NCBI GenBank assembly: GCA_001643675.2
Contig: LSRY02000027.1
Location: 992,001-1,056,000 of the forward strand
Reading direction: 5' to 3'
DNA: 64,000 nt
From: Monocercomonoides exilis PA203
Taxonomy: Eukaryota; Protista; Preaxostyla
The position numbers and the translations under genes were made by a program. Shown here one piece after another: positions 50,001 to 60,200 of the stretch; within the stretch, counting starts at the first letter, position 1; every line of letters starts with the position of its first letter. The notes beneath the pieces are model-generated. The model did no database searches. It had not been told where the DNA came from and saw only the letters and a list, made by a program, of their open reading frames with translations.

Positions 50001-50078
50001 GCGATCTGTTTGGTGGAAAGAAGTGAGAGAATTGATCCTGCAAGCGAAAGAGAATCTGGAGATGCATTTAATCTGTGA
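41058..50078 (+). CDS. Giant single-pass receptor-like protein (~3006 aa): signal region, Cys/Gly beta-helix-like ectodomain repeats, TM helix, cytoplasmic pseudokinase
   Basis: Single-exon ORF with first ATG at 41058. Repeated GGA/GGG(I/V/F)(Y/L), GxDxF and CG.....PC motifs; TM at ~48750-48830; C-lobe motifs RWKAPE and FSIGMMLWECLTLQIPF, without GxGxxG, VAIK, HRD or DFG. Confidence 0.9.
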   Translation: MARCSPSLTAALYNIVILLLVMNCGNCRGIAERRFQQKMSKEMQKGKIIIADKNHDYNNYFYNSMEKVIKPADNYIYSIQTSLKIINSSLCVTHLNIIPLSTCPLLTSQQHSAATICSSTCQVNPATKSPLFLSGHASIALTNFSLTTHQPAIFSFPIFSTPNNLLPHAHSPIPASFSISHSSFSSFISLIQPFLFSPSSLSSSSSSFSYSSSSFLSPSPLHIHHQSHPYLQIHLHLHLSNTIFSNISSPQFHPSLPSLLLHSLNPLISTTSSSSSISTNINSIPSFSLHSSLSIHSTIFLHTHNPIDGAILPNLNRPSTSVSAFNASFLHQIRSSSNGPIVHVGSETQRETPGRLDSFDQNSHRFEWCVWNASNSGTSPGGALCVVCKYSNLEIKSSIFNNCLTTGGFNGGALFCQNLLQISIAKSNFTSCSALHGGAAAIWYPQSNSVWIFQGNGVENCNITDSIGTGWYFRLEDMPSNARFLFSKCECIKNTGGNSVGSLAFNYPPVNKTIQFSVNDCQFINNKLTSSSSTLGGAALCCTNTFTWMSGEKFITFCFFNGNAATGGRGNDVFFYGNAITQSPFENCGSTTPSKRVWNQGTADNAEYNSWLPLIAQNKVVASNGTNTDVCGRPQQTPCATIEYALTGFISLLQDASLTLLSSTFVPTQTLTFSAVDTKITGNGTTATTIASSGIPQPPNSHSQSSQSTSSFSSFSSSTTSSSPDPSSASSLFQQTQGSLTVSALAIAHYSSNQITPILFHLSDSSPSLNLNSTTITGTTSITIKTPLFFLTAGSLALNHTAITSLTLNSQSIFHLTSLTAPLTLNSSNITDITSTATPASCVLSSATSLALSLSLANCTMTNINSAPQHQQTAANGGSISFTSSAPANSFSVSDTTFSSCCVSEDTSFGGRGGALMIEFNQGSQVSSTTFSITNIVFSANKACVGRDMYFVCESFVASVKEPLFAFIKSITQKDNSAVGHDRTEAFGDWDVDLFIFLDGYFSDSIYVDGTSGVEKAYCGLEKAPCLSVNYGMEHLKKAQTSKQEIILCTNSSITGYMDVGGVSVKAKEEEVVSIECKSELNGSEEECIMKSASLTEMELIGIVVPSNFSRTVSAVIESSTQNGELHMKNCEMSVIGGKQNTIGFSLIKSTGKMVELDSVTISDVKSAVSLFSFSLSSSNINEQEYKVKLLNCALERLEIDGDGKAAIFEGNVGVGMMINGSSIDVAFSKKSKEGGALKIVLEEGGYMTIQESSFAGCVCENMSEGGKGGGIYLDCSLNEEAFQLSSISFSGCSATVGKNMFVKSSNLVNSVNTERFAFDCTDYEEDGNAFVGEDGIYGEMDLRMLLSELKWVEVSVSKYGHDTLGCGSEKFPCESMKSGIDHIDRSGTEGERKVKVKDEGTIENAFSFTDTLVIDGYVNEEEEIKRRSVYFEGAINGDSSSLSSVISSTVSLSLLSLKLQIPSQFKPCMNSLISSSNNLQLESCSFDIQSSTDIIQYSLISTTTGSCTLKGCSLADCSFIISPLVMASSVLFENSSFSSIMNTGSGEEGGVARVILKNDEDLFIKSTNVSSCSLSSGKGKGGFLYLDCQNCLNEKPFVFDADVTFKNNDAAIGKNMFILGKDFNSSVTNESFNFNYSSMIDDDNLFVGSDYFHSNKDLFMFLISYSSIEIFISSEGFDVARCGSEEKPCFTMWKGMENMKKGNGKKTIYIEGSTIIQDSFNMSNYLIKKCVKMGEENVKATLNFEKSIGSQLEYIMVNNIHLELTNIQLQLTSGFDNSAKTIISNKGGDLVISECSFHSEAGMNNGFDCVFVDAIRGNVAVNDLSIESCNVGNSVFVIHDSGVSCHFVNVRVDSLNESGGCPLLIKGTELTTTTKINEADEEMNLKIDNSSFSGVKRSDNGASILESKCENKICLIVNASNITEDKAETSEKGGALFFRLGASGSMKMIDSTISHCSCTNGKGGGVYLATKERGDLNFTFLGMKFSANTAKVGNDIFIECFNITSQINESQFQFDLRENHYSRINAIYGRDFCDYQSDSNLIGFVTIHQSDTIIVSGVNGSDDRQCGTNSLPCDSIEHGLMHLTSDILSLIFVAEESVIEREFDLKEMSLSSKSREMCEVEVKSDITRTKEALVTTAGTVSLLREKFVFESNFISSHESLISPEGGILEIMNCSFSSKQPVEGVNAEFARIPFDIINMRKGELQLEGCTISNLILQKFSVYLSSSPPSVIYLFEISNSTVSHSLVEIIESGQFSIKDFNTKNITGKGSGESLISCLAMKKMMQLTNCTISGANSIFSKGKLMKLEDCSNVKMDSCIFSGSAKERNEQTVNEEEEMCKWSGSLVDVVKSSLMMKDTTISNSAEGGITMSGGNVIIEKGEFVNNDPSIEGYPSLRRNIIGSDSGTLNVKSLKGGDGVLPNASLWMLNDGCSFEGIAGERASPFFIPDLESVSSEKLREKVNLVFRGSLLLPCNLSFETVAAEGDEEVVEKHLFDERGFKSEEEVHGSVSVETIEGIPSEAEVRVCILFGNAESPSSTQSFILKNASVPESKGDERLVEGGKEGKSSWTLIVIVLLIVILLIVLIVAIAFIVRWRKQKRRTEELEIIVEDNIKKDPKAFEMVTMEMSPEEQWRRVAGDVEKKNDERIKKRVYDKSLGHSESSEHLLSESGSTEYILGKDSDNIPDWALEKVEKEEEEMRKRTPSPSISSTSSTSTTDLDSTFVRGEDLCPTTSSMSNLVDAMACSSPHEKLIVDLRDSLFMLLHGRNEKKEMAIGTLKEREQTAAQILFWVANLALHSFDEMENSLQSLANLSPHIVLFSERMVICIVMHSDFLSDDDSDSSSISSSTVVTSASDDDDDSLPSSVFEDEDDFKKECLRWKAPELLINKKMGATKESVAFSIGMMLWECLTLQIPFGEYEAEVAGQKIVNGERSNMEVISESRMKGMIEKTMSMNAEHRHSLSQIKREFVELFPQSAMVFTMTDAICLVERSERIDPASERESGDAFNL

Positions 50079-50879
50079 TGGCATTTGTTGGATTTGAATT
50101 GTTTGGCGTTGCTGTGGCGTTGTTGGATTTTAATTGTTTGCATGTCTGTCTTTGGCTGTGGGGAGAAAAGGGTTATATATTTTTATGTATGTGCATGTTA
50201 ATTAACCTCCATTAAAAAGTTTATGTATTTTATATATTTTCTTGTTGAGAGGCAAGAAGCAAATTGTGCTTAACATTTATATATTGTGTATGTCGTTCAT
50301 ATTTATATGTTAATGTTTTATTTCATTTTGTGATTGTATTTACGATTTGTGTTTTTTGAAACTTCGTTTGGAACTATCTTTTTCAAATATTTCACTGTAT
50401 GTAATTTGTTTATTCACTTGCACATTCCCTGATGAGAATCTCAAGCATCTGCGCATCAATCTGTATGTTAAAGTTGTTTTTTCAGTTTTTTTTGGAAAAA
50501 AATTTGGCTCTTTCTTTTCAATTTTTTGTTATTTTCTGTATGTTGGAAATTGATTTAGATTTTTTTGTTTGTTTTTATTGAATTCAATTTTTCAAAGAAT
50601 GCAAACATCTCTTTTTAACATTTTCAATCAACATTCATACGTTAATTGTAAATTAATGTTGAAGAGTATGTGAAAAAGAAGAAGAAATTGTTGTCAATGA
50701 GTTTTTTTGAAGGATATATTTTCAAATTATTGACCTAAAAGGGTAATTACAAAACATTGAAAACAAAATTTTCAAACAGAAAATTTATATTAAAAAACAC
50801 ACCTTTAATAATTCAAAGTCGAAAAACTTTCTTATGAAATCGAAAATATCGCAAATGTTATCAAAATATAAATCTATTT

Positions 50880-51889
50880 GGGTCAACTTTTAAATGGGTC
50901 TTTTTCCTAAATTGGCACTTTTTTTGTTTTTGCTTGCAAAATGTCGAGAAATGAGAAGTAGTTTTCAGCATTTAAAAAATCCTTTTTAACAAGTTTTATT
51001 CTATTTATTTGAAGTTTGTTTTTATTTTTTAACTCATTACACATTGAGAAATTTCGTTTTTTTGTTAAATTTAAAAGGACTTTTTCTAGCCAACTGGGAA
51101 TCGCTCAAGAAATTGGGGACATGTTTATATTGCATTTGCTTCGAACTATTAATCTTTAAAATCTTTTTTTTTCACAAACACTTTTTTCTTGATTTTTTTC
51201 GCATTTCAAATTCTCATCAACATGATAACATAAAACTGTTTATTTCTTTATTAATATAATGAAATGAAAAAAATAAAAATATGATATGAAAAACAAATAC
51301 TTTAATAATGAAGTTTTGAAAAAATAAGACATTCTCATTTTCTATTTGTCTCTAACGGACAAATAGTACTAACTGTTTTTGATCTTCGATCAAACTTTTG
51401 TCACTAAGTTAAGTTAGAGACAAATAAAAAATGAGAATGTCTTATTTTTTCAAAACTTCATTATTAAAGTATTTGTTTTTCATATCATATTTTTATTTTT
51501 TTCATTTCATTATATTAATAAAGAAATAAACAGTTTTATGTTATCATGTTGATGAGAATTTGAAATGCGAAAAAAATCAAGAAAAAAGTGTTTGTGAAAA
51601 AAAAAGATTTTAAAGATTAATAGTTCGAAGCAAATGCAATATAAACATGTCCCCAATTTCTTGAGCGATTCCCAGTTGGCTAGAAAAAGTCCTTTTAAAT
51701 TTAACAAAAAAACGAAATTTCTCAATGTGTAATGAGTTAAAAAATAAAAACAAACTTCAAATAAATAGAATAAAACTTGTTAAAAAGGATTTTTTAAATG
51801 CTGAAAACTACTTCTCATTTCTCGACATTTTGCAAGCAAAAACAAAAAAAGTGCCAATTTAGGAAAAAGACCCATTTAAAAGTTGACCC
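50880..51889. mobile_element. Foldback element, 1010 bp, 477-bp near-perfect arms and 56-bp spacer; same terminal family as 19584-20418
   Basis: Arms 50880-51356 and 51413-51889 give the identical mirror ORFs 51044-51259 and 51510-51725. Terminus GGGTCAACTTTTAAATGGGTCTTTTTCCTAAATTGGCAC. Confidence 0.93.
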
Positions 51890-51929
51890 TTGTATAATAG
51901 CTTAAGAATGTGTCAACAAATAACAAATA

Positions 51930-54135
51930 TAGTCAGAGGCAAAGCCGGGGACACTTCAGTCTGAAATTATTTTTTGAATGTTTATTTAAAACAATTCCAT
52001 ATCAAAAAAAACAATTCTTGATTATCTTTCTTGATTTTATCTTTTGAATGCCTGTCAAAAAATTTGTCTCTTCAATAAGAAATTATATCAAATAGAATGA
52101 TCAAACTTCCTTAAATCATACGAAAAAAGCAAACGTTTCTTCGCCTCTCTCTTTTAACAAATTATCACCGATTAAGGCCTCAGCAGAGTTTCGCCGGCTC
52201 TCTTCAAAAGTGGAAAAAGTTGATTATCTTCTGAAACAAGATGGAACAAAACCTTCAGATCTTGTGAAAGATAAAATTATTACTCATTCTTCCATTTCCC
52301 GGCATATGGCTTTAAATTAGGAGGGCGTGATCCTCAACATGCTGGCAGACCAGGGCTATTCAATAAAGAAGAAATCGAGGAAATTGAAGATTGTGCAATT
52401 GCTTAAATTTCATCCACAAACAGATTGACAGTTTCAGACATTATCAGATTCGTGTGTTGCTTTAAGCTTGTTTTTTTTTTTTTTTTTTTTTTATGCATTT
52501 TTGATAGTCAGAAAATGTGATGATGAAGAAAAAGAAGGAATGCACACCAACGCCTGAAGTCAGGATAATCAGCAAAAAATGGGCACGCAGGTTGATAAAG
52601 AAAAGTGAATTACTGAAATTAATAAAACCAACTTTTACAGATCTTCATCGCCTTCAAGCGTCAACAATTGAAAATATGAGGAATTGGTTTTCGTTGTTGA
52701 AAAATGTGATTGATGATTATAATATTTCATCAGATTTAATCATCAATATGGACGAAACTGGCATCTTGATGAAGCAGTCGGACGAGGAAATAGTAGTCAC
52801 CAAAGAATCTCAACATGCCTTTTCACCAGAGGCACAGAGAAGGAAAAATGCTGTATTATTTTTTTCTATTTTTGCATATGGGACGTCACTTGATCCAATC
52901 ATGCTATGGACTTCACAGACCAATTCCGAGGATCTAAAGGAATTGAAGCATCATCGAATTAACTGTCAAGAAAATGGAACAGGCTGGATGACAAGAAGAG
53001 ATTTTGAAAAGGTTATGATAGAAATATTATTGCCAAAAATTAATGAGAAAAGAGTTGAGCTTCATGGACAGTCTTCCATCGCTTTGATCACACTTGATAG
53101 GCATTCCTCTCGCCTAAGTTTTCCAGTGATGTCTTGGTGCAGAGATCATTTAATCCATTTATTGATTCTTCCATCACATACAACACATCTTTCTCAGCCG
53201 CTGGATAGGTTTATATTCACGCATTTCAAAAACAGCCTTAATAGAGCATTCTCTGTTCCTTCTGATTCGTCAATTTCTTCATACAGAAAATCATTTATAC
53301 CAGCAGTATCAGAAGCGGTTAATAACTCTCTCTCTCCAAGAATTGTGAAAAAGTCATTTGAAGCATGCGGAATTTTCCCATTTGACACTTCTGTCGTATA
53401 TCAGTGCCTTCCACAGAACATTGAAGCCTCTTTGATAGCAGAAAAAGTGGTTTTCAATTCTTCACTTTCAAGCAGTATCAGCATGAAATTAGTTACAGGA
53501 GATAATTTTTTCTAAAGCTTTTCCATGAAATTAGATAAAAAAAGAAAAGTCAGCCAAACAGCTTAGTTTCAAAGCAGGATGTTGCAATTTCTGAGGTGAA
53601 GGAATCATCGAATGTTAAATACAAAAGCTCCAATGAAACAGGACCTGTTGTAAATGTCAACTTTCAAAATCATGGAAGGAAAACAATTATTCACGATGAT
53701 GTTTCTTTGGAACAATCTGAGAATTCAGAGGATCGAAAAGAGCAACGAGATACGTCAGAAGAAGAGATTCTTTTCCCCAGTGAAAAAAGGAAAGGAAAAC
53801 TTTCTTCAGAAAGCAAATTGGGATCCATCTTTAATTACAGTTAAAAATATTCAATATGAGTTTCAAATTATTTATTCTTTGCTTATTTAAACATGATTCG
53901 ACGTTATTCAACAGTGCTTTGTTTTAAATTGCTTTGAAAGCGCCAATCTTTTTTTACTGATATTTTAATTGCAAATTCAATTCAGATATTTTCATTTGGC
54001 TTGTTCGATCCACCAAAATACTATAAAAACTCGATTATCAGTATATTTTTCCGTATGAAAGTGTTGAGTTGTGTCAAAAAAAGCTAAATGGAATATCCCG
54101 GGTTTTGTCCTTGTCCCGGCTTTTACACCTGACTG
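51930..54135 (+). mobile_element. pogo-family (Tc1/mariner superfamily) DNA transposon, 2.2 kb, TA target duplication
   Basis: TA|TAGTCAGAGGCAAAGCCGGGGACA ... TGTCCCGGCTTTTACACCTGACTG|TA imperfect ~24-bp TIRs; repeated TCCCGG(G/C)TTTT subterminal motif; DDE transposase inside. Confidence 0.88.
52048..53844 (+). pseudogene. Inactivated pogo-type DD35D transposase with a 56-nt intron (52452-52507)
   Basis: NMDETG, LITLDRHSSR and LPSHTTHLSQPLD (35 residues between D2 and D3); GRPGLF HTH lead-in upstream. Lesions: TAG 52093, frameshift ~52310, TAA 52404, frameshift/stop ~53510-53540. Confidence 0.85.
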
Positions 54136-55199
54136 TACTTTGAAAATTAATATTGAGCAAGTTGAGAATTTTTTTGGCTGAAATAAATCTGATTTTTAAA
54201 CAGTTAATTTTCATGAATTGATCGTTCAGTAATCAGCGGAGCTGTTTCAGCTTTTGAAAGCAATACAAAAGTTAAATAAAATTAAGCAACAAGAGCTCCT
54301 TTCAACAGAAGAAAAGAAAACTGAAGGAAAAGTTATACATTGCAAAAGTGCAACTTGAGAATGCTTATCTGTTGCCCAAATGAAAAACTCTTTTAACTGG
54401 ATATAATCACTTTTAATACAATCAACATTGGTTATGATTACATTTTTCTACACATCTGCATTCTTTACCTATATTTTGTTCACTTCCCATAGAATGAAAT
54501 CACAAGACAAAATACACAAAATAACATTTTTTAATCATTATGGCGGTTTTTTTTCTTTGAAAAATCGATCCTTTAATTTTTCAAATATTTCAAATATTTG
54601 AAATATTAAATATTACAACGACAAAATATTTGTTTTTGTGTTTAAAACGTGTTTTTTTGAAGTGCTTTCAAAAATGGTAATAAAAGATCTTCAAAAAATT
54701 AACAAAAAAAATGTTTTTATTCTTTCCCTGTGTCAAGTGATGTCGTATATAATCTCAAACAGTTGTCGACACAAAAATAGTGCAACACACTATGTGATTG
54801 AATCAGATTTTAACTGTTGACAAAGTTTTCGTATGAATTGAAAATATACCAAATTTCAACTTTTTTAATCTTTTCGTTCATTTATTTTTTTCAAATGGGT
54901 GATATTTTTTGATGTCATATTTTTCCATTCAAAATTTTCGGTTCGAAAAAACTCCCTTAAATATTAGCAAATGAACATAGAAAAGAGAATATGCATTCTC
55001 ATAAGTCCATCGTTTTCAATTCAGCTTCAACATTTGTTTTTGAAACAGTTCTGATGTATTAAGCACTCAAATGAAAAATCTTTACGCAGTGACAAGCAAT
55101 CTTTAAAAAAACAGCACACAGAAAAAAGTTATGATTTCAAAAAGAATCACCCAAATTGAAAAAAAATGAAACATTAATGTTAATAATAACAAAAAGTGT

Positions 55200-55502
55200 T
55201 TTATGCTTTTTTTGTTTTTAATTATATATATTTATTTGGATAAAAATTTATCACTTCAGGCATTTTCATTGAAAAATAATGCACTTTTTATTGACTTTTT
55301 GTGTAAAAAATAAGAATAAAATGGGTTCATTATTCGACATTCATAAATTGTTGGAAAACTTTATGTTTTGATTTCAACGATGTCTGTTTACAGATATGAA
55401 AATCAAATTAAATTTTAAATCCGAAAATTCGAAATAAAATTATAAGTGTGGCAATTTTTCAATGTCTTGTGCAAAAAATGCTTGAAAGTCCGTATTTTCC
55501 CC
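55200..55502 (-). repeat. Dispersed copy of the 18225 element end
   Basis: The reverse complement GGGGAAAATACGGACTTTCAAGC...GTAAACAGACATCGTTGAAATCAA...AAAAGTGCATTATTTTTCAATGAAAATGC aligns with 18225-18520; ends CCCC|TA. Confidence 0.75.
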
Positions 55503-55918
55503 TATATTTTTTTGAAAAAAATAAATGAATGAATGGAAAAAAAAAAGAAAGAAAAACATATGTGACGACAAGAAAAAATTGAAACTATAACAAATTGACC
55601 AAAAATATATTGTTTATTTTTCTAAAATTGAAATTTGAAACTTTCCCACAATTTTTGATAATGCAAAAATTTAATCAATGAATCCACATATTAAAGATTT
55701 TGACATTCGAATAATGCTTATTTTCCAAATTTGTTGTTAAAGTTCCTGACTTTTTTTTTATTAACTGAAAATATCAGTTGTGGTATTTTTTTGTCACAAT
55801 TAGTTATTGACCTTTTCCGATGTTCACTGACAAATGGATAAATGACTGATATTTCAAATGCAATCAACGAATCTCTTTTAAACTGTTCTATTAAGTTTTT
55901 TTGGATATTAACGCAATC

Positions 55919-55920
<2 letters not shown>

Positions 55921-55977
<57 letters not shown>
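55921..55977. repeat. Poly-T tract (~57 nt)
   Basis: Direct observation; shorter T tracts lie near 10800, 11640, 35250 and 52471. Confidence 0.9.
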
Positions 55978-55978
<1 letters not shown>

Positions 55979-56430
55979 ACAGACGAATGATTTCCCTTTT
56001 TGTCAAGTCATAGAGTTTTTCAAAAAAATAAATAAAAGTTGAAATTTGTTTATTTTCCTGGATTTGAAACACATAATTCTAATGACTTTTCTTAAAAATC
56101 AATTTTTTCTTATTTCGAACGAGTTTGAGATAAGAATACAAACAGCTGGAAAAATAATTCATGAAAAAAGATTATTTTTTTTCGGAATTAATTTACAAGA
56201 TTCTGTGCATTGTTTTTTTTTTTAAACTTATATTTCTTTTTTATTAATTATTTTCTTATTAACATTGATATAACTTTTGAATTGTGAAAAATGAGATAAC
56301 TTTAATAACAAATATTAACCACATTTATGCGAATTTCTCTTTTCCGATTTGCAGAAAAATAAGAAACATTCGTGATCATAGCCATATTGTGAATTCAAAA
56401 ACCTTTATTGCTGCGAACAATTAACTAAAA

Positions 56431-56975
56431 ATGCCAAGAGAGTCTGGTTACAAAGCAACTGTTCCTTTTGAAACAAGAAAACATGAAATTGATAAAATTA
56501 GGTGCGAAACATGATGCTTAATTGAATTTTATGTGTATTTTTTGTAAATCAGAAAAAAGTACCCCGATAGGGTGCCAATTCTTTGTGAAAGGCATTCACG
56601 AGCTAAAATTCCAGGTTTCAAAGCTCTCTTTTTTCATAAATAATTTTAAACGTATTATTTTTTCATGAAACTTATTGTTTGCAGAGATGAGCCAGAAAAA
56701 GTTTGATTGAAATTTTTCTCTTTTAAAAAGTTATTGTTCAATAATTCAGATTTTTAGTTCAAGAAAACATCACTATTGGAGAATTTTTGAGGATCATACG
56801 TAGAAATATTTCGCTTGACCAAGAAAAATCATTATTCGTTTTTATCGATAATAGAATTCCAAATACTGGTGATCCACTTTCAGTCATCTACTCCGAATAT
56901 ATGAAAAAACATCAAGGCGATGATGGATATCTGTATATGCTTTACACAGATGAGGCTACCTTTGGAACTGCATAA
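56431..56975 (+). CDS. ATG8: Autophagy ubiquitin-like protein Atg8/GABARAP, 4 exons (56431-56501, 56553-56614, 56685-56700, 56750-56975)
   Basis: Spliced product MPRESGYKATVPFETRKHEIDKIRKKYPDRVPILCERHSRAKIPEMSQKKFLVQENITIGEFLRIIRRNISLDQEKSLFVFIDN...DDGYLYMLYTDEATFGTA; three GT-AG introns in phase. Confidence 0.95.
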
Positions 56976-57237
56976 AATATAACTTTTCTTTGTTTTTTTG
57001 TGTTTTATTTTTTCGAGTCATGTCATGATAAGAAGCATTTTGAGATAAGCCTTTTTTTATAAAAATCGTTACATTGTAATATTTTATTGTCATTATGAAA
57101 AGTCTATTTTTTGAGGAACGTCATCTCAAACTTTTTTAATCAACCAATAATATGATTGAAATACTATTCAATTTGAAAAAGGAAATGAATCAAACTTTGA
57201 TATTTAAAGAATACATTTTAAAATAATCATTTATTTT

Positions 57238-60200
57238 TCATTCTTCTTTAATTTTCAAATCTTCTTCTATCATCCATTCGATGGCTCTTTCAAGCAGTTC
57301 TTCCTTTTTGCCGCTTAATTTCTTTTCTTTAAAGCGCAGGAACGCTTTTAACTGATCCATTGATAGTGAAGAAAGAAAGAGAAACAGAGGATGAGCTGGT
57401 GAAATTGGCATCGATAAAGATGAATTTTCCGAGCTCGAATTTTTCACCTTCTTATCATCTTTGCTTTCAGGCAAAAGTGGTGAATCTTTTTTTTCTTTAT
57501 TCATTTCATTTATTTCCACTCTCGATCTCTTCCATTCTTCGCTTTCACGGCTAATCCCCTTATATTTCTCTATTATGCCCGGCCAATCAACAGTATTGTA
57601 CAAGCGTAGTTGTTCCTTTTGTATTTCTTCTTTCGATTTTTTCGGTTTTACCTGCTTCACGTTTTCTTTACCGCTTTTTTGTTCCTTCTCTGTTGAACTA
57701 TCTGGCATTTTAATTTTCTTTTCGCCATGCCCTCCATTTTCAGTATTGTCACTCTTCATATCTCTTTCACCTTCGCCTTCTTTTTTGCTATCGCCATTGT
57801 CTTCATCATCTTCTTCATCGTCATTTCTAATCAGCTTGCATTTTTTGTGATTGACATGCGAATTATCAGAAGATGCTAACTCCATCTCACTTTGCTCTTT
57901 CGTCTTTAAAGAGGAGGAAAAAGAAGCACTTGCCGAAGTTGACTGAGTTTTCAGGCTTAATTTTTGGGCTTTCTTTGCTTCTTCATCGTCCCTTTCGAGA
58001 TCAATCTTTTTCCTCTTTGGTTTTTGAACAGCTGAGGAAGTTGATGCCTTTGAAGAAAAGTTAACAGCAGCAACACCATCAGAAGAAGAAGAAGAAGAAG
58101 TTGTTGTTTTTGATGATAATAACGATGACGATAGCGATGATGATGACGATGATGATGAAGATGAGGAAATGGTGGAAGATGAATGAACAGAACGTGAACT
58201 TGCTAATTTTGAAAAACTGCCCAATGGCTTGCGAAGCGTGCTGCCAATCACAGAAGATGACAATGTCGAAGAAACTGATCTATTTTTCTTTGAAAACGTT
58301 GGTTTTTGAAGAGTTGCTGAAGAAGCAGAGCGTGCTGAAGAAGAAGAAGAAGAAGAAGAAGAAGAAGAAGAAGAGGAAGCAGAAGAGGATAAAGATGTTA
58401 ATAATTTCATTGATGAAGAAATCCCTCTTTTCATAAAAACAGGCTTTTTGAGATGATTTTCTTTTGGTGGCGAAGAACGGGATGTGTTGCGCTCAGAAGA
58501 AGTAGTTGATCTAACCTGACTTGAAGTATTCGAAGTGCTTTTAGGCAAGGAAGAAGAAGAAGAAAATGATGATGATGACGACGAAGACGAAGAAGAGGAA
58601 GAGGGAGAAGAGGATAAAGATGAAAAGGGTGGCGAAAATGTAGAATTTTCTGAAATGTTTGCTTTAATAAGTTTTGCTTCATTCTCATATTCTGATGAAA
58701 CAGCATCAATCACAATTTCACTTAAACTTTCTTTTTTCCCCTCATCTTCTGTGTTTTTCATTGATGTGTCAATTGGTCGATCCAAAGGTATCACAAGCGA
58801 AGATGTTAGCCCGATTAAGCAACTACCCTTTGAAGCTTCTTCTCCTTTTTCTCTTTCTTCTTCTTCTTCTTCTTCCTTTTCTTTGCTTCTTCCGGGCTCT
58901 TTTGAATGCTCTGATAACTCGTTTAGTTCCTTTGCAGTCATCAATTGCGAACTTGTCTTGTAAGTTTGAACAACTGAACAGCTTTCCAATGGCTTTGATT
59001 CCAAAGGAGATGAAACACAACTTGAGGATTTCTGAACTGAATGAGAATAAAATGAAGAATTTGCTTCAATGTTACCAAGAGGAGAAGATAAACGAACACT
59101 TGAAGGAGACAAAGAGCTAGTAAAAATCACATTGCCTTTGGAAGTCCGCGTTTTGAGAAGCGTCTGAAGAAATATCTGCAAACCATCTGTTTTGTCCTTT
59201 GGAGCGACTGAAACAGGCATCGACTGCAAAATGCAACAAGATGGATAGTAAAAATATTTGCTCGAAAATGAATGACCAGAAGAAGGCGCAAATGAAGAAA
59301 ATGAAGACGAAGATGATGAAACAGAAGAAGCAGAATTCAGTGCAACTTTACACAAAATAGCTTGTGATAAATTGATCTCAACCGGCTTTTCATCCTCTTT
59401 CTTGATCTTTTTGGACAATAGGCTTGCCAATGGATTTGAACTTTTCTCTTCACGAATTATTTCCTCTTTTCTATATTGACGAGCTTTTAATGAAGGAATG
59501 TTTATCATATGAATTAACTTCCAATATTCCTTTAGAGTTTTGTAGTTTCTCAAAAAATTGTCTTCATCATTGCCTTCACGGTAAATGTTTTGTTTGCTGT
59601 TGTAGCGACCATATTTAGAAGGATTACTAAAAGCAGTTGCAACACAAAAAGAATTATCAGTTGGAATGATGCGAATTTCTTCTATTCGTCCGGGAGCAAA
59701 GCTTGGAAGAACAACAATACTACTGCGAGCTTCAATTGAAGTTGTGTTCGATGGATCAAGATCTAATGTAACTGGATGACCTTCAAAAAACCGTTTGTAT
59801 CGTTTTGGATGAAGAGCAGCAAGAGGACAAAATGGCGTTATTTTTTGGCTGCAACATTGAATGCTAATAACACAGTTATTGTTGTCACATGTTGTAATCG
59901 ATAAATTTATAACGTCAATGATTCTTGCGGAATATTCATTAAAACTATATTCTGGAGTGAAATGCCAAAAAAGTCCATCCAAATAGGACCAATCATTTTC
60001 AATCATAAAGCCTGTGATGCATGACATTAAACATGAGGATATGATGTCTGGTGATGGTTTTTTTGTAGCGATATTTAAATAACATTTTTCGAAATATTCA
60101 CTTTTTTCGAAAATTTCTTCCATTTCACTTTGAGAACAATCAGAAAAAACAATAATATAGGGTGGAAGTGAAATTGCGAACGAATACATCCCTTGCATAG

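Noticed and set aside
51044-51725. Duplicated 71-aa ORFs (also 17859-18050 and 19381-19584)
   Set aside because: By-products of inverted repeat arms; AT-rich with no protein features.
52048-53844. Reassigned TAA/TAG (Gln) code explaining in-frame stops
   Set aside because: Intact genes (ATG8, 9533-11032, 22846-26622) end in TAA, and the broken genes also carry frameshifts.
50880-54135. pogo transposase as mobiliser of the adjacent foldback element
   Set aside because: The termini are unrelated (CAGTCAGG vs GGGTCAAC); adjacency alone is insufficient.
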